Below the pieces are notes generated by a model. The model was not told the DNA's origin and did not search any database. It was given only the letters and a program-made list of their open reading frames with translations. DNA of 64,000 nt from Octopus vulgaris (Eukaryota). The stretch's first letter is position 1. Each line of letters starts with the position of its first letter. The stretch covers positions 83,328,001 to 83,392,000 of the forward strand of contig OX597818.1 in assembly GCA_951406725.2 (NCBI GenBank), read 5' to 3'. Shown here piece after piece: positions 54,371 through 64,000 of this stretch. A program made the translations under genes and the position numbers.

Positions 54371-55194
54371 AATCTAGTGAATGAAATACGAAAAAAGATT
54401 AAATATACAGGAGCTCTGATAGAAAAATATTCTAATATTTACATATATATTTGAGTAGTTTCAGCAGTCCTCGACATATATAGGAGAAATTGATTGGAAT
54501 TTGAGATATTGGCTTTAAAATTTTTCTCGACTTACTGACGCGATCGAACTGGGTGGAAGTCATCTTAATATACTTTACCAATGGCATAGCCTGGACTAGT
54601 CCATCAACTTTTCATAGCAACCACATTTTGAAGATAGCTTAAGGATTCTAAAAGATTACCCGTACACTGGGTTAGATTGGTCTTTCTGCCTTCATGTGAT
54701 CGTTTAGATATCTTGAGGAAAAATAATAATGGATACGCTAGAAAATACAAAGGGCATCTTAGAGAGGATGCTTCCTTAAAACATATACTTCACATATATT
54801 GTAATCTCGGTGGGGCATTGGAACTGCAATTTGGATTTCACTGTCAAATGTGTAGCTAAAATGAAATTTGTCTGTGATTTGATTTTTCTGTCTGAAGCTT
54901 TAGAAAATCGATATAGGTAGTGACATAATTATGTATGTTTGTATGCACGTATGTATATGTGTGTATGGATGGATGTACGCAGTGATGTGTGCATTTATGT
55001 ATGGGTATGTATATATTTATATATTTATAGGAACACTATGCAACTATAGTCATATATATTTGAGCGAGTATATATTATTCCAAGCGTGTATTGGTATATA
55101 TAAGGATTAATATACTTAAGTATACATATTGATAGGTCTGTACGCCTACATTGTGGTACGTTTATTTATTACTTGCTTGAATATTATATGTGTG

Positions 55195-55228
<34 letters not shown>

Positions 55229-55289
55229 AATATATATATATATACACCTATATATACATATATATATATATACCTATATATGTATATAT

Positions 55290-55367
<78 letters not shown>

Positions 55368-55385
55368 AAACCGAGAGATAGGTAG

Positions 55386-55448
<63 letters not shown>

Positions 55449-55762
55449 AAGTGTGATAGAGAGATAGGAGATAGAGATAGATAGATACATAAGCAGATAG
55501 ACGTTAGATAGATAGATAAATAGATAGACAGACAGAGAAATGCATGTAAGTATGTGTGTATTCCGAATCTTTCCACATATACAGAAAGTTCTAATATGTT
55601 TAGATTGCAAAATATCGCAATATCATAAATCGTGTAATGAGTTTTAATATTTGCAGGAAAAACTTCTGTTAAGAGTTCTGTTATTACAGTCAATATAATG
55701 CCACACACACACACGCTTAATATCCATGAAAATACTTACATATATAAAAACGCACACACAAA

Positions 55763-55807
<45 letters not shown>

Positions 55808-56026
55808 TCACACGCACACACAAAGGAATAGATAGATATAGAAATAGACTGATAGTTACACAAATACAGGCATATACATATACATACATACACACATATT
55901 TAAATGTATATTATGGTGTGAGAATACGTATACAGGCCATTAATGTATGCAGAGAATATGTATGTGCAAATTCAATGTATATATATAAGTGCATTTATAT
56001 ATATATGTATATATATATATACATGC

Positions 56027-56075
<49 letters not shown>

Positions 56076-56106
56076 TATGTATATATATGTATATATATAT
56101 ATATAT

Positions 56107-56173
<67 letters not shown>

Positions 56174-56261
56174 TATACATATATGCATATATATATATTA
56201 ATATATACATATACATGAGATACATATATCTGGATATAGTTATCAATTATGGTGGTGTTTA

Positions 56262-56297
<36 letters not shown>

Positions 56298-56443
56298 TTA
56301 TATATATATATTGGTATTGATATACTTATGTGTGTATGTATGTATGTATGTATGTATATTTCTATATCTTTATTTATAAGGATATGTATCTATATATGTT
56401 TCTTTATCTCTCTATCTACCTTTCTATCTATCTATCTATCTAC

Positions 56444-56538
<95 letters not shown>

Positions 56539-56710
56539 CCTACCTATCCACCTACCCATCTATCTATCTCTCTCTATATATGCATATACATCTAAATTGA
56601 TACATGGATGGGTGGGCCGATAGATAGATAGATGGACATAGATAGATATACATCCACGACAATATGTAGAGTTACATGTGCATTCATACGTACATGAACG
56701 CGCATGTGTA

Positions 56711-56765
<55 letters not shown>

Positions 56766-57299
56766 TTATGTATAAGTATATATATATATTTATATTTATA
56801 TATATATATATACATATGTATATATACTTTCATGTTCATGCATATAGAAGGATAGCTATAGATATGTATAAATACACACATCATTACTTGAGTCTGTAAG
56901 TATGTAAACAATTACATAGCTACTTTTTTCTTTTTACTTTCTAATACGCTTATGGAAACTTGATTGAATTATTTGTTAGATTACGAACGAAGGCACCATA
57001 TTTTGTAGTGAGTGGAATATGGTAAACGTGGGTATATAATCGGATTGAAGATGTATAAGTTGCCAGAGGTGTATTGGTGACTGCAAGTATCTGAAACAAG
57101 TTTGTAATCAGTGACTATAAATCTAGACTGGCTAATCACGAAATTTGGCTGTCTGAACAGTTTGACGATCTATACAATTGGTTATTTGGTACAGCTGACA
57201 CAGACGCTGTGAGAAACGTATGTGTGTGTGTGCGTGTATGTGTGCATAAGGTAGATATTTGCATATACATATTTATATACGAATATATTTACAAATATG

Positions 57300-57391
<92 letters not shown>

Positions 57392-57799
57392 GCATACCTA
57401 TATGTTTTATTTGTGTGTGTGTGTTTGTCCGTGCGCATTATCTTGAGAACCGTCAACAGAAATTTCTCGTTTACTAAATTAATGTGTTCGCTATGTTATA
57501 TATTAACAGAGCAGCAATCGTAACTTGTTTCCTATCCTTTTCTAAAATTCTTTCTCTATGTGAAACAACCTAGTATTCTCTACGTTGCTATTGTACAGTC
57601 GACTACTCTCAAATCCCTCTTAGTGTCGCATTGCGTAGATTTTACATTGAACATGAAAATGAACATCGTCCGAAGACATGACTTTAATTCCTTTTTCGAC
57701 AGCCAAGTTCCTGATATGATTTAAATCACTAAGGAAGTATCTTTGATTAAACTGAGCTTAGCGTGGATTTTTAAATATATTTAACCTTCCATTTACTGG

Positions 57800-58098
57800 C
57801 ACTTACGACGACAAGTTTTCCAGACGATCCATTTCCCCAAATAGCCTGCTCGTGAAATAAACGTGGAACTTAATGAACTCTCCTTAAACACGTTACATTT
57901 AACGTTGTCCTCAGGGGGATTGAACGTTGCACAGAAAGTGACGAGGCTGGCTCTTTGTATTACAGGTGCAACTCAGTCTTGCTTGTGCGAGTGAACTGGG
58001 GCTATGTGGATAAATTATCTTTCTCAAGGACAACGCACTGCTAGGACTCGAACTCAAATACCGGCTCACCTATCCTAACTACTAAGCCATGTGCCTTC
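57800..58098 (-). mobile_element. CORE-type SINE, degenerate
   Basis: Collinear with 38020-38348. Confidence 0.65.
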
Positions 58099-58154
58099 TA
58101 TTAGCACGTTCCTCTGCGCAAACATTCTCAAATTTGAGTCATTTTTTTAAAAAA

Positions 58155-58465
58155 ACATTCACAAGAAGACAAAGATTAATCAATAATTCAACTGTGTAAC
58201 AGGAATTGTGTCTTTTGGTAGCTACTGTTGTTTCCTAGTTGCTTACCCATAGAAAGTATGAAAAATAGCAAATATTTCTTTCGAACTTTCCTTTTGTTAC
58301 ATTCATTATAACCCCAAAGAATTCCTCTCGACACATGGCTATGATGCTGCCCCACTACTCCTACATATCACAAGGAATGCTCTAAAGACTTGCTTAAGTG
58401 ATTAAGATCAAGCAACTGACAAGCAAATCTGTAGTAATGAGCAGTATATTTGCTATAACAATATT
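58155..58465. mobile_element. Relative of the 555-bp element, with a different left half (second copy at 59445-59760)
   Basis: The right part matches AACCCCAAAGAAT...GCAGAATATTTGCT of the 555-bp element. The left ~140 bp is shared only between these two copies. Confidence 0.7.
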
Positions 58466-58856
58466 TCTGCTTCAGCAACTCAGTACTGAAATGTAATGGA
58501 AAATAGGTCAATTACAAAACATCGATATCTAGGTCACAAAAGCAAAGTGTAAAGGGAATAGTAGTTGTTTCCTTTGATTTCCAGATAGACGCAAGTAGGA
58601 AATAACACTTACTGACTAAAGACTAAAAAAATATAACTATTTTTGTACAGTGTTCTCAAAGGATTATATATATTCAAATATAATAAGGCACCGAAGAATT
58701 TGCAAGCAGGAGTTTTTACGGAAAGGTCATAATGATGACGAATAAAAGAAGAAATGATAGCAGAATTAACATGCATGTGAAAAAAAAAAAATTCACCTGA
58801 TGTATATATGACTGTGCATGTGTACGGGATGTGTGAGTATGTGTGTATATCTATCA

Positions 58857-58892
<36 letters not shown>

Positions 58893-59027
58893 TTATCTAT
58901 CTATCTATGTATGTATCTATCTATCCATGTATATATATATATATACATATCTTTGTATGTATGTATGTGTGTCTGTATGTATATGGATATATACATATGG
59001 ATATATATATATATGTGTGTGTGTGTA

Positions 59028-59277
59028 TGTGGAAGCGCGTGGCTTAGTTGTTAGGGCGTTGAACTCATGATCGTAAGGTTGTGGATTCGATTCCTGGACC
59101 GGTCGATGCGTTGTGTTCTTGAGCAAAACACTTCATTTCACCTTGCTCCAGTCCACTCAGTTGGCAAAAATGAGTAATTCTGCGACGGACCGGCGTCTCG
59201 TCCAGGTGAGGAATTTCTATGCCATTGAAACCGGGAAACCGGCCCTTATGAACCTGGCATGGCTCTAGAAGGAACAT
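59028..59277 (+). mobile_element. Chimeric SINE: CORE-type head and body with family C 3' part
   Basis: The 5' part matches 37785-37925; the 3' part from CTGCGACGGACCGGCGTC matches family C. Confidence 0.8.
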
Positions 59278-59289
59278 TTATTATATATG

Positions 59290-59430
<141 letters not shown>

Positions 59431-60227
59431 GTAATGTTGTGTGATATTCACAAGAAGAAGACAAAGGTCAGATTAATCAATAATAAAACAGTGTAACAGG
59501 ATTGTTAGCCACAGTTGTTTCTTATCTATTTACCTGTAGAAAGTATGAAAAATGGCTAAGATTTCTTTCAAATTTTGCTTTTGTTACGTTTATTCAAACC
59601 CCACAAAATTCCTCTCAACACAAGGCTATGGTACTTTCCCACTACTCCTACTCATGATCAGAGATGCACATATTGTCGGCCACTAAAGGACATGTTTAAA
59701 TGGCTAAGTTCAAACAAATGACAAACAAGTCTCTCGTATCAAGCAGTGCAGAATATTTACACCAAGTCACACGAGAAAAGGCTGAAAATATTCTTTTTCC
59801 AAACAGCGATATCAAGCTTGGTTGTATAAAAAAATAACTTCAAGTATCTGTCGAAATATTAGAGAAAAGATTTTCGCTTACTGTCCCCACATGGATATTA
59901 TCTTCTTCGGTTGGGAAATTTCACGAAAGGCGTATTAGTGTCATTCAAATGTAAGGATGGAGTGGGATGTTTTACATAAAATGCATAATGTTATCTGCAA
60001 TATGCAGGGCACTTCCAAACAGCTGTTAAGATGTCACTAAATAATGCGTAATTATGTAACACTACATATAATTGTATACAAATCTATCAATGTATCTGTC
60101 AGTCTTTCTGTCTGTCATTCGCTCTCATGGAAACATAGACAGAGAAAGAGAAAGAGAGAGAGAGAGAGGAAGAGAGATAAATAGCTAGCTAAATAGAGAT
60201 ATAGACAGGTTAGCTGATGGGAACTCC

Positions 60228-60267
<40 letters not shown>

Positions 60268-60502
60268 CACGCACACGCATCCGCTCTCTCACGCACATTC
60301 ACACACACATACAAAACCAGGCAGACAGACTGGAAAATAGATAGATAGATAGATAGTTAGATAGATAGATAGATAGGCAGGTAGTTAGCTAGATAAAAAG
60401 AATCAGATAGATAGACAGACACACAGGCAAGCAAGCAGATAGATAGATAGAGAAACAGAGAACCAGAGAGATTGATAGACAGACAAAGAGGCAAGCTGAT
60501 AA

Positions 60503-60581
<79 letters not shown>

Positions 60582-61817
60582 TATGTGAGTGTGGTTTGAC
60601 TAAAGTTTCATGTTTCGGAGGAAATGTGCTAATATAACGCTGGGACGAATATACTTGTACATCTATTCTTGCTAAATATGCTGACCTTTGCTATTCTCCA
60701 TGTCGAAAACACGTGGTCTTCGACACTGTTTTATTTATCACAAACACATAATATTGACTGCGTCTGTATAAGTGTACCCGTCTGAGATTTGAAATGACAT
60801 TTGTTATATGAAACGTAAATTGCGCCAAGGACCAGAACATTATTGCAACAACCGTTTTGTTGACACAATTTAGTATATAAATACTATCAGAAAATAATAA
60901 ATTGAATACGATGGTATATTGGTTTTTGTTATCGTTTTACTCTAAATTATATTGATATGAAGTCTCTGAAACAATGTCAGCATAATCACATTACCGTTCC
61001 TGTTAAGGTAACACTATAGAGTATGAAATTTTGAAGCCAAGTGTACTCAGACCTCGTTATCACTGTGTTACGATACAGCGACTGGGGAGATTCAATATAT
61101 AAGCTACGAGAAAATTGAAATATTACTTAAACAACAAAATTATACTTCAATATCTGCAGCACTTTTCTTCTCTTTCATTATTATTATATATTCAACATAA
61201 ATATATATTCTATTATACTATTATTATTTTTTTCCAATATGTGATATTTTGAATTTCTTATTCTCATGGGAACGGAAGTTGTATACGTATGTAAGCCGGT
61301 CTCAATTATATAGGCGTTGTTCTATTTGTATGTAGGTATACGAAATGCATGTACGTAACTTTATAGAGTGCTTCTGTGTGCATGTGTGTATATGCATGTG
61401 TGGGTGTCTGTGTGTGTTTGTAATTAGGAATAAGCTACATTTTATCACACATATTATTTATTTCTTAGCGTGACACATCATATATTCTATTGTCCTGGGA
61501 TTGAATGCTTATGGTGCATGTGTGTGTGTATGCTTGTATTATGTATGTGGGTGAGTATGTTTGTGTACGTGTGTGCGCGCGTGTGTTCGTGCGTGGGTGC
61601 GTGAAATAATGAAATATTTATTTTCAAGATATAAAGAAAATATTTCTGTGCAACCACTTAGCAAAGTGCCCAGTGAAAATGGAAGACTGAAGTTTCAAAG
61701 TGATAACATATAAACATAAGAAAGTAGCTAAAACACTAGATTTATGAGCCATAATACAGACACATTTTCTCATATATAGATGCATTTATTATACATACAT
61801 ATATATATATGTTTATT

Positions 61818-62696
61818 CGTGTTCTGATTAATAAGTATCCGGATTGTTGCTCTAGTAACAACGCTAAAGCGCTCAGAGTAAAGCTGCTTGGCAAAAATTA
61901 ACCATGGGCACTGCTGCGCCTGTGCACTAAGTTTCAACATTCTAGCTCACTTCCGTTGTATACAGCAATGCTTGAAATGAAGGTGTGTAATGTGCGATCG
62001 TCTCATTGACCATGACAGAAGAAGTTTTCCCGGTGATACCTGCTCAGACGCCTACGCAAAGTTGTTGAAAATGTATAGAGAGGAGTGAATGAATGCACAC
62101 AAGTGTACGAGTTGCCCAGACGTTTCCAAGCTGGCCGAAAAAATGTTGATATTGACGAACATTGTGGGAGACCCGCTACCAGCAGAACTGAGAAAAATAT
62201 CGAAAATGCGCGTGCAGTTGTGAAGGAAAATCGTTGAATCACCATCCACGATTTATCAGAGGATGTGCAGATTAGTTACGTTTCAATTCAGTCCATTATC
62301 ACTGAAGATTTGGGTATGATACGCGTGTCTGCGCAGTTTGTCCCAAAACTGCATTCAAATGAGCAAAATCACACTCGGGTTTCTGTTGCACAAGATCTCC
62401 TTGATTGTGTCGAGAACAATGAAAACATTTTGAAAACTTTGCGTAGCCCTTTGACTAGAAATTGCTAAGCTTTTGGCAAAATTTGATGCAGACTATCTGC
62501 TTAGGTTTCTCTGTCATGGTCAATGCGACGATCACACGCTACACGCGTTCTTTCAAAGCTCTACTGTAAACAGCAGAAATGAGCTGGAGCGTTATATCTT
62601 AGTGCGCATGCACTACAGATTTCCAGGTGGCTTCACTCTGCGCGCTTTAGCTTCGTTAATATGACAACAGTCCGGATAATTATTGATCAGACCACG
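61818..62696 (+). mobile_element. Mariner-derived foldback element with ~210-bp inverted ends
   Basis: Termini CGTGTTCTGATTAATAAGTATCCGGA and TCCGGATAATTATTGATCAGACCACG-TA. Internal RFQAGRKNVDIDEHCGRP..ENR*ITIHDLSE..EDLGMIRVSAQFVPKL is mariner HTH sequence. Confidence 0.88.
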
Positions 62697-62718
62697 TACA
62701 CGCGAATATATTCATACT

Positions 62719-62778
<60 letters not shown>

Positions 62779-62869
62779 TTATATATATATAAATATTATT
62801 ATGTATGTAGAAATACACGCACACATACACACACATATATATACACACATATATTTATATACACGTATC

Positions 62870-62900
<31 letters not shown>

Positions 62901-62946
62901 GTATATACAATTATTCATAATATACAATTATTCATAATTGTAGTGT

Positions 62947-63037
62947 CCTACGCTGATGAGAAAAGAAGTTGGGTAAGACATAATTATCTAAATCTTATGC
63001 TTTCCTAAAACTTAATTTCGAAACGTACGTCCGTAGG
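62947..63037 (+). ncRNA. Type I hammerhead ribozyme, canonical core
   Basis: CCTACG-CTGATGA-GAAAAGAAGTT...AACTTAATTTC-GAAA-CGTACG-TC-CGTAGG. Perfect 6-bp stem I, G-C first pair of stem II, palindromic stem III, and GUC triplet with predicted cleavage after 63031. Confidence 0.88.
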
Positions 63038-63126
63038 TGACTTAAAATTATATATATATATATATGTAAATATATATACATATAAATAAATATATGCATA
63101 CATACATACATATATATGTGTGTATA

Positions 63127-63173
<47 letters not shown>

Positions 63174-63782
63174 GTGAGCACCCAAATTCTCACTCACACA
63201 CGCATATGCAAATATGCTATAAAACTAGAAACGTAGCTAGTAAAAGTACAAATACATTACGCTAGTGTATTTTAATTTATTTTTATTATTTTCCCTTTGA
63301 ATTGCTTGTTTGTTTGACTTACTTTTTGGTCAACCTCTTTTTGTTGGTGCTCCACATATTTTATTCAACTGGATACTATACTGCAGAGCTGATATGAATT
63401 TGATCTATATATGCTGTAGATCTTTATGGTCTATTTGAATCTATGGACTTTGATATCCTTCCCTCTTGCCATACCGGTTAAAGAGTAGGTGTGTAAGATT
63501 GTAAGTATGCATGCGTTTATGCATGTCAACATGTGTACATACACATGTATACTATGTTTTGTTGAAAATCCCGTAATGTGGGTAAAAGAAAATAAAGCAG
63601 GATCCATTAATTATGAATTTAATCAACATATTGCCCTCTCAGATTCACACACTTATCGAAACGGTCCTTCACTTTTTCTAAGACCTGTAAATAAACTCGG
63701 AAACTTGGGCCTACAACCTGGTCTTTCGCGATACCCTTTTCATCACCACTTCTATATCACACACACACACTATCACACACAG

Positions 63783-63815
<33 letters not shown>

Positions 63816-64000
63816 CACAAACACACGCACACACACACATATATATGCATAAATATATATATCATCATCGAATCGTTCACTTTTGTGAACCAGAAAATAC
63901 AATGCAAGCTGACGTAAATTGCAGGGTACACACTGCCTTCTATCATGTGGAGTTGTCAATCAATGAATTCCAATTTGCTACTAGCGTATATATTCCCTTC

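Overview
AT-rich, microsatellite-saturated animal genomic DNA. The SINE repertoire and the (TA)n/(GATA)n/(TAA)n density strongly suggest an Octopus genome; this is an inference. I find no convincing host protein-coding gene, and almost all ORFs in the track are translations of microsatellites. The window is mostly retroelements: a near-full-length but disabled R4/Dong-type LINE (46.4-50.0 kb) plus an older deleted copy, CR1-like and Tx1/L1-like 3' fragments, a Penelope GIY-YIG fragment, three Tc1/mariner relics, at least three tRNA-derived SINE families, four full copies of an unclassified ~555-bp element found only in (TAA)n tracts, and a 285-bp miniature LTR-type insert with tandem tRNA-Ser primer-binding sites. 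The most striking signal is a set of unrelated type I hammerhead ribozyme motifs. One is canonical (62947-63037), one near-intact (16224-16314), two sit in a 564-bp tandem with retrozyme or Penelope pLTR architecture (42.4-43.4 kb), and several are degenerate. Each lies in a short island between microsatellites. The sequence also shows shared SINE-LINE 3' tails and SINE-in-SINE arrays. All alignments and folds were done by eye, so element boundaries are approximate.
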